Source of the DNA: Betaproteobacteria bacterium
Lineage (GTDB): Bacteria > Pseudomonadota > Gammaproteobacteria > Burkholderiales > Thiobacteraceae
Direction: 5' to 3'
NCBI GenBank assembly: GCA_024641855.1
Contig: JAHECG010000005.1
Coordinates: 123 to 64,122, forward strand
DNA: 64,000 nucleotides
Made by a program: the position numbers and the translations under genes. Under the pieces are notes generated by a model that was not told where the DNA came from, did no database searches, and worked only from the letters and a program-made list of their open reading frames with translations. Below, piece by piece: positions 1 to 9,815 of this stretch. Every line of letters starts with the position of its first letter. Within the stretch, counting starts at the first letter, position 1.

Positions 1-588
1 CACTGTGTAAGGGGCGTGGGGTGCGATGCTGAAGCGCAGACGTTCATGCTCGCGATAAGCGTCACGTGTGTCCAGACCTTTGCGCAGATAGTCGTCGGCA
101 TCGGCGGCGTATGTGGACGGAAATTCTAAGGTGATGATGCCTAGGGTTGCGCGCATTTGCGCCTGATCCACTGCCTGCGCCGTGGCATCCGGAAAAAAAT
201 ACATATCGTTAAAGCAGGTGGTTCCCCCGCGCAGCATTTCTGCACAGGCGAGTAGGGCGCCGTCTTTGACGAATGTCGGCGCGACATGTTTGCTTTCGAT
301 GGGCCAAATATATTCTTTAAGCCAAGTCATCAAGGGAATGTCATCGGCCAAACCGCGCATTAACGTCATCGCGACATGGCTATGCAGGTTGACCAAGCCC
401 GGCAACAACACTTGTTGGTTGAGTTGGATGTGCGTATTGGGTGCGTAGCGCATGCTGGCATCTGCACTAGGCAGTAAATCCACGATGCGGCCGTCTTTAA
501 TTGCGATACTGTGATGTTCTAATACCGTATCAGCTGGTTCGATCGGAATCATCCAGCGTGCGCTGATCAAGGAGTCAATGGGTGTCAT
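1..588 (-). CDS. mtaD: Amidohydrolase-superfamily deaminase (TRZ/ATZ family, MtaD-like 5-methylthioadenosine/S-adenosylhomocysteine deaminase). N-terminal 196 codons only; the 3' end lies beyond the window edge.
   Basis: Absent from the ORF track because it has no stop in the window. My reverse-strand translation from the ATG at 588..586 reads MTPIDSLISARWMIPIEPADTVLEHHSIAIKDGRIVDLLP...LLPGLVNLHSHVAMTLMRGLADDIPLMTWLKEYIWPIE. It carries the HxH metal motif typical of this family. Confidence 0.7.
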   Translation of the reverse strand, partial: MTPIDSLISARWMIPIEPADTVLEHHSIAIKDGRIVDLLPSADASMRYAPNTHIQLNQQVLLPGLVNLHSHVAMTLMRGLADDIPLMTWLKEYIWPIESKHVAPTFVKDGALLACAEMLRGGTTCFNDMYFFPDATAQAVDQAQMRATLGIITLEFPSTYAADADDYLRKGLDTRDAYREHERLRFSIAPHAPYTV

Positions 589-598
589 GATGTTGTCC

Positions 599-631
599 AA
601 AAAAAAGCCCCGCACAAGGGCGGGGCTTTTT
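599..631 (-). terminator. Rho-independent terminator-like hairpin downstream of the OmpA-family gene
   Basis: GCCCCGC (607-613) pairs with GCGGGGC (620-626) across a 6-nt loop. It is flanked by an A-run and a T-run, so on the minus strand a T-tract follows the stem. Confidence 0.65.
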
Positions 632-646
632 AATTGTCGTGCGAAA

Positions 647-1333
647 TTACTTGATCAGGGGTGCCTGGACTTTAACTTCGGCCACCACACGGCGGTTTGG
701 TTGCAAGCATTGGATCAGTTTGCGGCCTTTGATGTTTTTGCACTCAACCACAGGTTCGCTTTCACCTTTGCCAACCGCTTCAATACGCTTATCTTCTACA
801 CCTTGGTGAACCAAGTAGGCCTTAACTGCATGGGCACGTTTCTCAGACAGCTTTTGGTTGTACTTTTCAGAGCCGATACGATCAGCGTGACCCGTAACTA
901 ACAAGACTTCAACTTCTGGATGGGCTTTCATCTTGGAAACGACTTCTTCATCCAGGGTTTTCTTGCCATCGGCACGTAACGCGGCTTTATTGAAATCGAA
1001 CAACGCTTCGGCTTGGATGGTGACGCGCAGAGCCGGTGCATCAGGACCTAAGTTTGGTACCAGCGGTGTTGCAGGAACGGTGTTTGGTTTCTTGGCTTCT
1101 TTTTTCTCAGGTTTTTTTACCAGGTCTGGATCGCATTCGGCGACGGCCATGGAAGGCGTCCAGTAGCTTGCACGCCAGCATTCACCGGCAGAGTTTTTCC
1201 AGTAAGCGTCTTTGGCGGAATCAACCCAGTTGGCTGTGCCGGTTTTGGCTTCTGCGAAAACTGAGCCTGTACTCAGGGCCATCATTGAGCCGAGGAGGAG
1301 GCAAGCAAGTTTGTTCGTTTGTGAAAATGTCAT
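647..1333 (-). CDS. OmpA-family peptidoglycan-associated protein with signal peptide
   Basis: 228 aa. N-terminal signal sequence (LLLGSMMALSTGSVFAEA), a Lys/Pro-rich linker, and a C-terminal OmpA_C-like domain (FDFNKAALRADGKKTLDE...GHADRIGSEKYNQKLSEKRAHAV). Confidence 0.8.
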   Translation of the reverse strand: MTFSQTNKLACLLLGSMMALSTGSVFAEAKTGTANWVDSAKDAYWKNSAGECWRASYWTPSMAVAECDPDLVKKPEKKEAKKPNTVPATPLVPNLGPDAPALRVTIQAEALFDFNKAALRADGKKTLDEEVVSKMKAHPEVEVLLVTGHADRIGSEKYNQKLSEKRAHAVKAYLVHQGVEDKRIEAVGKGESEPVVECKNIKGRKLIQCLQPNRRVVAEVKVQAPLIK

Positions 1334-1489
1334 GGTGTCACCTTTCTTATTTAAGTCGGTATTCGCAAGAACTGTTTGGAATCTTAACCATAAATGATTG
1401 TAATTACAACACTTAAAGTATTCCTTACTAACGGATATCTACCTTATTACTTTAGTCTGTTTTCGCGTCTGGCTGGGCTAGGGTGAGCG

Positions 1490-1498
1490 TGCTACAAT
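1490..1498 (+). promoter_or_regulatory. Possible extended -10 element (TGcTACAAT) for gyrA
   Basis: TG-N-TACAAT lies about 60 nt upstream of the gyrA ATG. There is no good -35. Confidence 0.3.
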
Positions 1499-1558
1499 CG
1501 AAGAGTTTGATTCCGTCCCTCCGCAACTGTGCGGATATAACATAACTTACTGAATAAC

Positions 1559-4180
1559 ATGGACCAATTCGCCAAAGAGACCCTGCCCGTTAGTCTTGAA
1601 GATGAGATGCGCAATTCTTACCTAGATTATGCGATGAGCGTAATCGTAGGGCGCGCCTTACCCGATGTACGCGATGGATTGAAGCCTGTACATCGCCGCG
1701 TGCTATTCGCTATGCACGAGTCGAACAATGTGTGGAATAGGCCTTATGTAAAGTGCGCCCGCGTGGTCGGTGATGTGCTCGGTAAGTACCACCCGCACGG
1801 CGACTCGGCTACCTACGAAGCGTTGGTGCGGATGGCGCAGGACTTCTCCATGCGCTACATGCTGATTGATGGCCAGGGTAACTTTGGCTCGGTCGATGGC
1901 GATTCTCCCGCCGCCTATCGTTATACGGAATCGCGCTTGGCGCGTATCGCCTCGGAGTTGTTGGCGGACATCGACAAGGAAACAGTCGATTTCGTCCCGA
2001 ATTACGATGGCAAGGAAATGGAACCGTCGGTGTTGCCGTCGCGCATTCCCAATCTATTGGTGAATGGCTCTTCCGGTATCGCCGTGGGGATGGCGACCAA
2101 TATTCCGCCGCATAATTTGAATGAAGTCGTGGATGCTTGTTTGGCCTTGCTGGACAAGCCGGACATGACGATCGACGAGTTGATCGAAATCGTTCCGGCA
2201 CCGGATTTTCCAACGGCTGGTATTTTGTACGGTACGGTGGGTATTAAAGAAGGTTACCGCACCGGCCGTGGCCGAGTGGTGATGCGTGCGCGTACCCATT
2301 TCGAGGATTTGGATAAGGGGGGTAATCGCCAATCCATCATCATTGATGAGTTGCCCTACCAAGTAAATAAAGCCAGCTTGCTGATCAAGATCGGTGAATT
2401 GGTGCGCGAGAAGCGTCTAGAAGGTATTTCCGATTTGCGCGATGAGTCGGATAAATCCGGTATGCGCGTGGCGATCGAATTGAAGCGCGGCGAAATGCCG
2501 GAAGTGGTGCTGAATAATCTGTACAAGCTGACGCAGATGCAAGACACCTTCGGCATGAATATGGTGGCCTTGGTCGATGGCCAGCCGCGCTTGCTGAATC
2601 TGAAGCAGATGTTGGATGCGTTCTTGCGGCATCGGCGTGAAGTCGTTACACGACGTACCATTTTTGAATTGCGTAAAGCACGTGAGCGCGGCCATATCTT
2701 GGAAGGCTTGGCGGTTGCGTTGTCCAATGTGGACGAGATCATTGCGATGATCAAAGCCTCTGAGACGCCAGCCATCGCCAAAGAGCGCTTGATGGGCAAA
2801 CTATGGCGCTCGCAATTGGTTGAAGAAATGTTGGCGCGCGCTGTGTCAGATCTACAAGCAACTCGCCCCGAAGGGCTTGCAGCAGAATTTGGACTCAGTC
2901 AGCAGGGCTACCGTCTCTCCGACGTGCAAGCGCAAGCGATTTTGGAATTGCGTCTGCAACGTTTGACCGGCTTAGAGCAGGACAAAATCGTCGCCGAATT
3001 CAAGGACGTGTTGGAGAAAATTGCCGATCTGTTGGATATTTTGGCGAAACCCGCGCGCATTACGCAAATCATTCAAGACGAATTGGGGCAGGTGAAAGCG
3101 CAATACGGCGACGCGCGTCGCAGTGAGATTGTGCAAAACGCCCAGGACATTTCCTTGGAAGATTTGATTACGCCGGCAGATGTCGTCGTGACCTTGTCAC
3201 ATAGCGGCTATATCAAATCGCAGCCGCTTGATGAATACAGCGCGCAAAAGCGCGGCGGTCGCGGCAAGCAGGCGATGAGCACCAAAGAAGACGATTTCAT
3301 CGAAAATCTTTTCATCGCCAACACCCATCATTATATTTTGTGCTTCTCTAATCGTGGTCGCGTGTATTGGCTGAAAGTGTATGAAGTGCCGCAGGGCAGC
3401 CGTACCAGTCGTGGCAAGCCGATCGTCAACTTATTGCCGATCGAAGAAGGCGAAAAAATTACCGCTTTGCTGCCGGTTAAAGAATTCGATGAAAATCTTT
3501 TCGTGTTCATGGCGACGGCCCAAGGCACGGTGAAGAAAACACCACTACCTGAATTCTCTCGCCCACGCACCAGCGGCATTATCGCAGTGACCTTGGATGA
3601 AGATGATTATTTGGTCGGCGCAGCAATCACCGATGGCAAACATGATGTGATGATGTTCTCCGACCATGGCAAAGCGGTGCGTTTTGAAGAGTCCGACGTG
3701 CGGCCCATGGGTCGTGGCGCACATGGTGTGCGCGGTATGCGCTTAACCGCTGGCCATCGTGTCATTTCCATGTTGGTGGCTGAGTCGGAAACGCAATCCG
3801 TGTTGACCGCCACTGAAAATGGCTATGGCAAACGTACGCCGATTACGGAATACACCCGCCATGGACGCGGTACCCAGGGCATGATGGCGATCCAAACCAC
3901 GGCGCGGAATGGTTTAGTGGTGGCGGCGACTTTGGTGGATGAGCAAGACGAGATCATGTTGATCACCACCGGCGGCGTTTTGATTCGTACCCGTGTGAAA
4001 GAGATTCGCGAGATGGGCCGTGCGACACAGGGCGTCACCCTGATCAATACCGGCGAAGGTGAAAAACTAGTGAGCTTGCAGCGCATTGTCGAACCGGAAG
4101 ATGAAAATGGTGACGCTGCTGATGGCGAATCTAATGATCAGCCTGGTGACCAGCCTGGCGAGGAATCTGGAGAAGAATAA
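1559..4180 (+). CDS. gyrA: DNA gyrase subunit A
   Basis: 873 aa. Canonical N-terminus ([49 protein letters not shown]), beta-pinwheel CTD repeats and an acidic C-terminal tail. Confidence 0.98.
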   Translation: MDQFAKETLPVSLEDEMRNSYLDYAMSVIVGRALPDVRDGLKPVHRRVLFAMHESNNVWNRPYVKCARVVGDVLGKYHPHGDSATYEALVRMAQDFSMRYMLIDGQGNFGSVDGDSPAAYRYTESRLARIASELLADIDKETVDFVPNYDGKEMEPSVLPSRIPNLLVNGSSGIAVGMATNIPPHNLNEVVDACLALLDKPDMTIDELIEIVPAPDFPTAGILYGTVGIKEGYRTGRGRVVMRARTHFEDLDKGGNRQSIIIDELPYQVNKASLLIKIGELVREKRLEGISDLRDESDKSGMRVAIELKRGEMPEVVLNNLYKLTQMQDTFGMNMVALVDGQPRLLNLKQMLDAFLRHRREVVTRRTIFELRKARERGHILEGLAVALSNVDEIIAMIKASETPAIAKERLMGKLWRSQLVEEMLARAVSDLQATRPEGLAAEFGLSQQGYRLSDVQAQAILELRLQRLTGLEQDKIVAEFKDVLEKIADLLDILAKPARITQIIQDELGQVKAQYGDARRSEIVQNAQDISLEDLITPADVVVTLSHSGYIKSQPLDEYSAQKRGGRGKQAMSTKEDDFIENLFIANTHHYILCFSNRGRVYWLKVYEVPQGSRTSRGKPIVNLLPIEEGEKITALLPVKEFDENLFVFMATAQGTVKKTPLPEFSRPRTSGIIAVTLDEDDYLVGAAITDGKHDVMMFSDHGKAVRFEESDVRPMGRGAHGVRGMRLTAGHRVISMLVAESETQSVLTATENGYGKRTPITEYTRHGRGTQGMMAIQTTARNGLVVAATLVDEQDEIMLITTGGVLIRTRVKEIREMGRATQGVTLINTGEGEKLVSLQRIVEPEDENGDAADGESNDQPGDQPGEESGEE

Positions 4181-4190
4181 TTTAGGTAGC

Positions 4191-4223
4191 AGCGCGCACA
4201 GCTTCTGACGAACTGTGCGCGCT
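4191..4223 (+). terminator. 11-bp perfect hairpin after gyrA (terminator or attenuator, weak T-tract)
   Basis: agcgcgcacag (4191-4201) pairs with ctgtgcgcgct (4213-4223) across an 11-nt loop, followed by gtcgttt. Confidence 0.45.
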
Positions 4224-4253
4224 GTCGTTTCGGTAGCGATAAAGGAAAATCAA

Positions 4254-5336
4254 ATGGAACGGATTTACAATTTCAGCGCAGGCCCGGCGGTATTGCCTAG
4301 AGAAGTGTTGGAACAGGCGCGCGACGAGTTGGTGAATTGGCAAGGTTGCGGTATGTCGGTGATGGAAATGAGCCATCGTGGCAAAGAATTCATGGGGATT
4401 GCGGCGCAGGCCGAGGCTGATTTACGTGAGTTGATGGCGATCCCGGCCAACTACAAAGTGCTGTTTTTGCAAGGCGGTGCTTCTACGCAGTTCGCCATGG
4501 TGCCGATGAATCTGTTGCGTGGTAAAGCCAGTGCGGACTACCTGAATACTGGCGAGTGGTCGAAAAAAGCCATCAAAGAGGCTAAGAAATATTGCACCGT
4601 GAATGTGGTTGCGAGCTCTGAAGACAAAAATTTTTCTTACGCTCCGGCGCAAGATCAATGGAAGCTGAGTAAAGACGCTGCTTTCGTACACTACACGCCA
4701 AACGAAACCATCGGCGGCGTGGAGATTTTCTGGACGCCGCAGACGGGCGACGTGCCACTGGTGGCGGACATGTCGTCCAATATCTTGTCGCGTCCCATCG
4801 ATATCTCGAAATTCGGCGTGATCTATGCCGGCGCGCAAAAGAACATCGGTCCTGCCGGCCTCACGATTGTCATCGTGCGCGAAGACTTGATCGGTCAAAC
4901 CGTAGCCGGTACCCCGACCATGATGGATTACAAAACCCATGCGGAAAACGAATCCATGTACAACACGCCGCCAACCTATGGCATCTATATGGCTGGGTTG
5001 GTGTTCAGGTGGCTCAAGCACAAGGGTGGTTTGGCTGGCATGGAGCAGCACAACATCGCTAAGGCTGGCCTGTTGTATGACTTTATGGATACTACAGATT
5101 TCTACAATTGCCCAACGGCAAAAGAAAACCGTTCACGCATGAACGTGCCGTTTACGCTGAAGGATGCCGCGTTGGACGAGGCCTTCCTGAAAGGCGCGAA
5201 GGAACGTGGCCTAGTCCAACTCAAAGGTCACCGTTCTGTCGGCGGCATGCGCGCATCGATCTACAACGCCATGCCGATCGAAGGCGTGAAGGTCTTGGTC
5301 GAATACATGAAAGAGTTCGAGAAGAAAAATGGCTGA
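4254..5336 (+). CDS. serC: Phosphoserine aminotransferase
   Basis: [19 protein letters not shown]... is a typical SerC N-terminus. The ATG at 4254 is preceded by AAGGA. The track start at 4215 is a GTG extension that lies inside the gyrA hairpin. Confidence 0.93.
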   Translation: MERIYNFSAGPAVLPREVLEQARDELVNWQGCGMSVMEMSHRGKEFMGIAAQAEADLRELMAIPANYKVLFLQGGASTQFAMVPMNLLRGKASADYLNTGEWSKKAIKEAKKYCTVNVVASSEDKNFSYAPAQDQWKLSKDAAFVHYTPNETIGGVEIFWTPQTGDVPLVADMSSNILSRPIDISKFGVIYAGAQKNIGPAGLTIVIVREDLIGQTVAGTPTMMDYKTHAENESMYNTPPTYGIYMAGLVFRWLKHKGGLAGMEQHNIAKAGLLYDFMDTTDFYNCPTAKENRSRMNVPFTLKDAALDEAFLKGAKERGLVQLKGHRSVGGMRASIYNAMPIEGVKVLVEYMKEFEKKNG

Positions 5337-6510
5337 AAAAACTAAAATCCAGACGCTGAACAATATTTCCCCGTTGGGCTTGAGTCGCTTGCCTTCCGAG
5401 CGCTATACCATCGGCAATGATGTGACGAATCCGGATGCAATTTTAGTGCGCTCGACCAAGATGCACGACATGGAAATTCCCGCCAGTGTCAAAGCCATCG
5501 CGCGCGCCGGTGCTGGTACCAATAACGTGCCCGTCGCCAAAATGAGCGAGCGCGGTGTTCCTGTCTTCAACGCGCCAGGCGCGAATGCCAACGCGGTGAA
5601 GGAGTTGGTGATTGCAGGCATGTTGATCGCTTCACGCAACCTGATGCCGGCTTGGAAATTTGCGGACAACCTCACTGGTGAAGATGCCGATATCTCCAAA
5701 GCCGTTGAGGCTGGTAAGAAAAACTACGGCGGGATTGAATTGCCCAACCGTACCCTGGGTATTATCGGCTTAGGCGCGATCGGTTCTTTGGTGGCGGATG
5801 CTGGTATTCGTTTGGGCATGAATGTGATTGGTTTCGATCCGGAAATTACCGTGGAAGCCGCATGGCGTTTGCCTTCCAGTGTGAAGAAGGCGACGAGCGT
5901 GGAGGAAGTGGTTAAGAATAGCGACTACATTTCTTTGCATGTGCCTTTAGTCGATAAAACACGCAACATGATTGACGCGGTGCGTATTGCATTGATGAAG
6001 CCCGGCACCGTGCTGCTGAATTTCGCGCGTGAAGGTATTGTTGACGACAAGGCTGTGGTCGAGGGCATCGCTGCCGGTAAGTTGCGCGGTTATGTGTGCG
6101 ATTTCCCGGCGAATGCGCTGAAGAACAATCCTAAAGTGGTCACCCTGCCGCATCTGGGAGCCTCTTCCGAGGAGGCAGAAGAGAATTGCGCCATCATGGT
6201 CGCAGAGCAAGTGCGCGACTACTTGGAGAACGGCAACGTTCTGAATTCGGTAAATTTCCCGAACGTATCGATGCCGCGCGAATCTGCTTTCCGGATGGCG
6301 ATTGCGAACGCTAATGTACCGAATATGGTGGGACAAATTTCGACCGCCATGGCCGATGCTGGACTGAATATTCACAATATGGTGAACAAGTCCAAAGGCG
6401 AGATGGCTTACACCTTGGTGGATGTCGACAGTGAGCCGCCGCAAGCCGTGGTCGATAAGATCGCTGCTATCAAGGGCGTGCTGATGGTGCGCTCCATCCC
6501 TGCAAAGTAA
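5329..6510 (+). CDS. serA: D-3-phosphoglycerate dehydrogenase-like 2-hydroxyacid dehydrogenase with C-terminal ACT domain
   Basis: 393 aa. NAD-binding [13 protein letters not shown], a D-isomer-specific dehydrogenase core and an ACT-like C-terminus. It overlaps the serC stop by 8 nt. Confidence 0.7.
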   Translation: MAEKTKIQTLNNISPLGLSRLPSERYTIGNDVTNPDAILVRSTKMHDMEIPASVKAIARAGAGTNNVPVAKMSERGVPVFNAPGANANAVKELVIAGMLIASRNLMPAWKFADNLTGEDADISKAVEAGKKNYGGIELPNRTLGIIGLGAIGSLVADAGIRLGMNVIGFDPEITVEAAWRLPSSVKKATSVEEVVKNSDYISLHVPLVDKTRNMIDAVRIALMKPGTVLLNFAREGIVDDKAVVEGIAAGKLRGYVCDFPANALKNNPKVVTLPHLGASSEEAEENCAIMVAEQVRDYLENGNVLNSVNFPNVSMPRESAFRMAIANANVPNMVGQISTAMADAGLNIHNMVNKSKGEMAYTLVDVDSEPPQAVVDKIAAIKGVLMVRSIPAK

Positions 6511-6512
6511 AC

Positions 6513-7577
6513 ATGTCCGACGACCTGCAAAAGATTCGCGAGCGAATTGACGCGATTGACGATGAGTTGCTGAAACTCATCAGCGAACGCGCGCAACTGG
6601 CGCAGGCCGTCGGTCGCATCAAGCAGGGCAATATCTATCGTCCAGAACGCGAGGCGCAAGTGTTGCGTCGCATCATGGAAGCGAATCCTGGACCCTTGTC
6701 GAACGAAACGGCTGCGCGTTTATTTCGCGAAATCATGTCGGCCTGCCTCGCATTGGAGCAACCGCTCAAAGTGGCTTACTTGGGGCCGCGCGGTACATTC
6801 ACCCAGGCTGCGGCGATTAAACATTTTGGTCATGCGGCTGAGACGGTCGCTTGCGCTTCCATTGATGATGTATTTCGCAAAGTGGAAGCTGGCAGCGTAG
6901 CGTATGCCGTGGTGCCGATCGAGAATTCAACCGAAGGTGCGGTTGGTCGCTCGCTGGATCTGCTGCTCAACTCCCCATTAAATGTTTGCGGTGAAGTTGT
7001 CGTGCGTGTGCATCAGTGCTTGTTGCGCAAAAGCAATAGCCGTGATGACATCAAACAAGTGTATTCGCATCCACAATCCTTAGCGCAATGCCACGAATGG
7101 TTAAATCTGAATTTGCCTGGCGTGCCGCGCTTGCCGGTTTCGAGCAATGCGGAAGCTGCACGACTCGCTTCCGAAGACGAAACCTCTGCGGCAATTGCCG
7201 GTGAAACCGCAGGTGAAATTTATGGTTTAGCCTTGCTGGCGCAGAATATCGAAGATGAACCGAACAACACCACGCGCTTTTTAGTGCTGGGTGGTCACGA
7301 TGCCGCACGCTCGGGCAAAGATAAAACTTCGCTGGTGATGAGTGCCCCGAATCGTCCCGGCGCGATGCATGAACTGCTTGGCCCGTTCGCGCGCAATGGC
7401 GTTTCAATGACCAAATTGGAGTCGCGTCCTTCCGGCACGAATCTGTGGGATTACGTATTTTATGTGGATGTTGAAGGCCACCACGAAGACGATGCGGTGG
7501 CGAAGTCGCTGGCCGAATTGAAAAAGATTGCCCCTTTGCTGCGGGTGTTGGGGTCTTACCCTGTGGCGGTGTTGTAA
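6513..7577 (+). CDS. pheA: Bifunctional chorismate mutase / prephenate dehydratase (P-protein)
   Basis: 354 aa. N-terminal CM_2 (LQKIRERIDAIDDELLKLISERAQLA), a PDT domain (VAYLGPRGTFTQAAA) and C-terminal ACT (TSLVMS...ESRP). Confidence 0.93.
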   Translation: MSDDLQKIRERIDAIDDELLKLISERAQLAQAVGRIKQGNIYRPEREAQVLRRIMEANPGPLSNETAARLFREIMSACLALEQPLKVAYLGPRGTFTQAAAIKHFGHAAETVACASIDDVFRKVEAGSVAYAVVPIENSTEGAVGRSLDLLLNSPLNVCGEVVVRVHQCLLRKSNSRDDIKQVYSHPQSLAQCHEWLNLNLPGVPRLPVSSNAEAARLASEDETSAAIAGETAGEIYGLALLAQNIEDEPNNTTRFLVLGGHDAARSGKDKTSLVMSAPNRPGAMHELLGPFARNGVSMTKLESRPSGTNLWDYVFYVDVEGHHEDDAVAKSLAELKKIAPLLRVLGSYPVAVL

Positions 7578-7601
7578 CCGTGTAGTTTGAAGAATTGAAA
7601 A

Positions 7602-8702
7602 ATGGAACTTTGTGATCTCGCGCCCGGCTATGTCCGGGCGATTGCGCCTTATCAACCGGGTAAGCCCATCGCCGAGCTAGCACGCGAAATGGGTTTGAAC
7701 GAGGTCGATATCGTGAAGCTTGCTTCCAACGAAAATCCGTTGGGGCCGAGTCCGCTCGCGTTGGCGGCGATTCAGGAGTGCCTGCCGGAATTGGCGCGCT
7801 ATCCGGATGGCAACGGATTCACATTGAAGTCGGCGATCGCGACGAAATATGGCGTCAAGCCAGAACAGATCGTGTTGGGCAATGGTTCGAATGATGTCCT
7901 GGAATTTGCCGCGCGCGCATTTCTCAAGCCGGGCGATTCAGCGGTGTACTCGCAGCATGCCTTCGCGGTTTATCCGTTGGTGGTGCAGGCGGTGGGCGCC
8001 CGTGGGATTGAAGTGCCGGCCAAAGATTTCGGCAACGATCCGCAAGCGATGTTGGAAGCGATCGAAGACGATACGCGTCTGATCTTTATCGCTAACCCGA
8101 ATAATCCGACTGGCACCTTGATCATGCCGGATGTTTTGTTGGGCTTCATCGAACAAGTGCCGCGTAATGTGTTGGTGTTGTTGGATGAAGCGTATTTTGA
8201 ATATTTGGCGCCAGAAGTGACGCCGAAAAGTATTGAGTGGTTGGCGCGTTTCCCGAATCTGCTCATCGCGCGTACTTTTTCTAAAGCCTATGCGCTGGCG
8301 GGTTTGCGGGTGGGTTTCGGCCTGGCGCATCCGAATGTAGTTGGTATGCTGAATCGTGTACGTCAGCCCTTCAATGTCAGCAGTGTGGCGCAAGTGGCGG
8401 CGGTCGCGGCGCTGGGAGATACTAATCATTTACAACGTGGGGTCGCGTTGAATGCAGCAGGGATGCAGCAAATTTGCGCGGGCTTGAAACAGATCGACTT
8501 AAGCTATATTCCGTCCTTCGGAAATTTTTTAAGCTTTCGGATTGGTGGCGCCACGGCGATGTACCAACGCTTGCTAAAGCGCGGCATTATCGTGCGGCCG
8601 GTGGCGAACTATGGCATGCCGGACTATCTGCGCGTGAGTATTGGATTGGAAGTGGAAAACGAGAAATTTTTAAGCGCTTTAGCCAGCGCAATGCAGGAAT
8701 AG
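7602..8702 (+). CDS. hisC: Histidinol-phosphate / aromatic aminotransferase
   Basis: 366 aa class-II aminotransferase (KLASNENPLGPSP, RTFSKAYALAGLRVG). Confidence 0.9.
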   Translation: MELCDLAPGYVRAIAPYQPGKPIAELAREMGLNEVDIVKLASNENPLGPSPLALAAIQECLPELARYPDGNGFTLKSAIATKYGVKPEQIVLGNGSNDVLEFAARAFLKPGDSAVYSQHAFAVYPLVVQAVGARGIEVPAKDFGNDPQAMLEAIEDDTRLIFIANPNNPTGTLIMPDVLLGFIEQVPRNVLVLLDEAYFEYLAPEVTPKSIEWLARFPNLLIARTFSKAYALAGLRVGFGLAHPNVVGMLNRVRQPFNVSSVAQVAAVAALGDTNHLQRGVALNAAGMQQICAGLKQIDLSYIPSFGNFLSFRIGGATAMYQRLLKRGIIVRPVANYGMPDYLRVSIGLEVENEKFLSALASAMQE

Positions 8703-8715
8703 CAAAGGAAATAGC

Positions 8716-9732
8716 ATGATTATCGTAATGGAAAATGGCGCCACGGATGCACAGATCGACGGCGTAGTACACAAGATTAAAGAGTTTGGCCTCGACGCCA
8801 ATGTGTCGCGCGGTACCGAGCGCACCGTGATCGGCGCCATCGGCGACGAACGCAAACTGGATCAAGAAATGATCGATGCCTTACCGGGCGTTGAGAACTC
8901 CATGCATATCGTCAAGCCGTACAAGATTGTGGCGCGCGAGTGGCACAAGCAAAACACGGTGATCGATATTAAAGGCGTCCCCCTCGGCGGCAACCAGATT
9001 CAAATCATCGGCGGCCCGTGCTCAGTGGAAACGCCGGAGCAAATGGAAGACTCTGCTAGGTTTGTTAAAGAAGCTGGGTGCCGTCTGATGCGCGGTGGGG
9101 CTTTCAAGCCGCGCACTAGCCCTTACACTTTTCAAGGCAAAGGCGTAGAAGGCTTGGATTTGTTCCGCAAAGCGGCGGACAAATATGATCTGCCGATCGT
9201 TACGGAATTGATGGACGTGCGCATGCTCGATACCTTTCTTGAATATGATGTGGACGTGATCCAGATTGGTACGCGCAACATGCAAAATTTCGATTTATTG
9301 AAAGAAGTTGGACGGATCAACAAGCCGGTCATTCTGAAGCGCGGTATGTCGGCAACGATTTCGGAATGGTTGATGTCGGCGGAGTACATCGCTGCGGGTG
9401 GCAACCACAACATCATCTTCTGCGAGCGTGGTATTCGGACTTATGAAACCTACTACCGCAATGTGTTGGACGTGACCGCCGTGCCGGTGCTGAAGAAAGA
9501 AACGCATCTGCCGGTGATCATCGATCCTTCACACGCTGGTGGTAAAGCCTGGATGGTGCCGGCCTTATCGCGTGCCGCCATTGCTGCGGGCGCCGATGGT
9601 TTGTTGGTGGAAATGCATCCCAAACCTTGCGAAGCTTGGTGTGATGCGGATCAAGCTTTGAACCCTGATGAATTGAAAGCGTTGATGGCGGAGCTGAAAG
9701 GAATAGCTTCAGTTATAGGCCGTAGTATTTAA
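8716..9732 (+). CDS. 3-deoxy-7-phosphoheptulonate (DAHP) synthase, class I-beta, with N-terminal ferredoxin-like regulatory domain
   Basis: 338 aa. N-terminal MIIVMENGATDAQIDGVVHKIKEFGL, then a KDSA-like TIM barrel (GPCSVE, MRGGAFKPRTSPY, DPSH). Confidence 0.88.
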   Translation: MIIVMENGATDAQIDGVVHKIKEFGLDANVSRGTERTVIGAIGDERKLDQEMIDALPGVENSMHIVKPYKIVAREWHKQNTVIDIKGVPLGGNQIQIIGGPCSVETPEQMEDSARFVKEAGCRLMRGGAFKPRTSPYTFQGKGVEGLDLFRKAADKYDLPIVTELMDVRMLDTFLEYDVDVIQIGTRNMQNFDLLKEVGRINKPVILKRGMSATISEWLMSAEYIAAGGNHNIIFCERGIRTYETYYRNVLDVTAVPVLKKETHLPVIIDPSHAGGKAWMVPALSRAAIAAGADGLLVEMHPKPCEAWCDADQALNPDELKALMAELKGIASVIGRSI

Positions 9733-9740
9733 AGCTGAAG

Positions 9741-9806
9741 CGCCAAGACGCCAAGAGCGCCAAGCGTTCTTGGTGTTTTTCCTTGGCGATCTTGGCGTCT
9801 TGGCGG
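9741..9806. repeat. Palindromic intergenic element (CGCCAAGA-octamer family), copy 1
   Basis: The left arm is cgccaagacgccaagagcgccaag (9741-9764). The right arm is cttggcgatcttggcgtcttggcg (9783-9806). They pair at 23 of 24 positions across an 18-nt loop. Confidence 0.9.
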
Positions 9807-9815
9807 TTAGCAAAG

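Noticed and set aside
182-901. Plus-strand ORFs 182..448 and 578..901.
   Set aside because: They are antisense to the MtaD-like and OmpA-family genes respectively. No motifs are present, and 578..901 spans a terminator hairpin.
4215-4253. Upstream alternative starts given by the ORF track for serC (4215), pyrF (16409), regA (46029), fleN (31102), slyD (51935), bcp (52533) and the ABA-like ORF (20318).
   Set aside because: The internal ATGs give N-termini matching the protein families. They also have better Shine-Dalgarno spacing or classic stop/start overlaps. The extensions overlap upstream genes or hairpins.
9741-9806. Could the post-stop palindromes be integron attC sites (gene cassettes)?
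   Set aside because: The flanking genes are core (DAHP synthase, mutS, relA). No intI is present. The termini (GGTTAGC, GGTTAAT, GGTTATC) do not fit the GTTRRRY / RYYYAAC core sites well.
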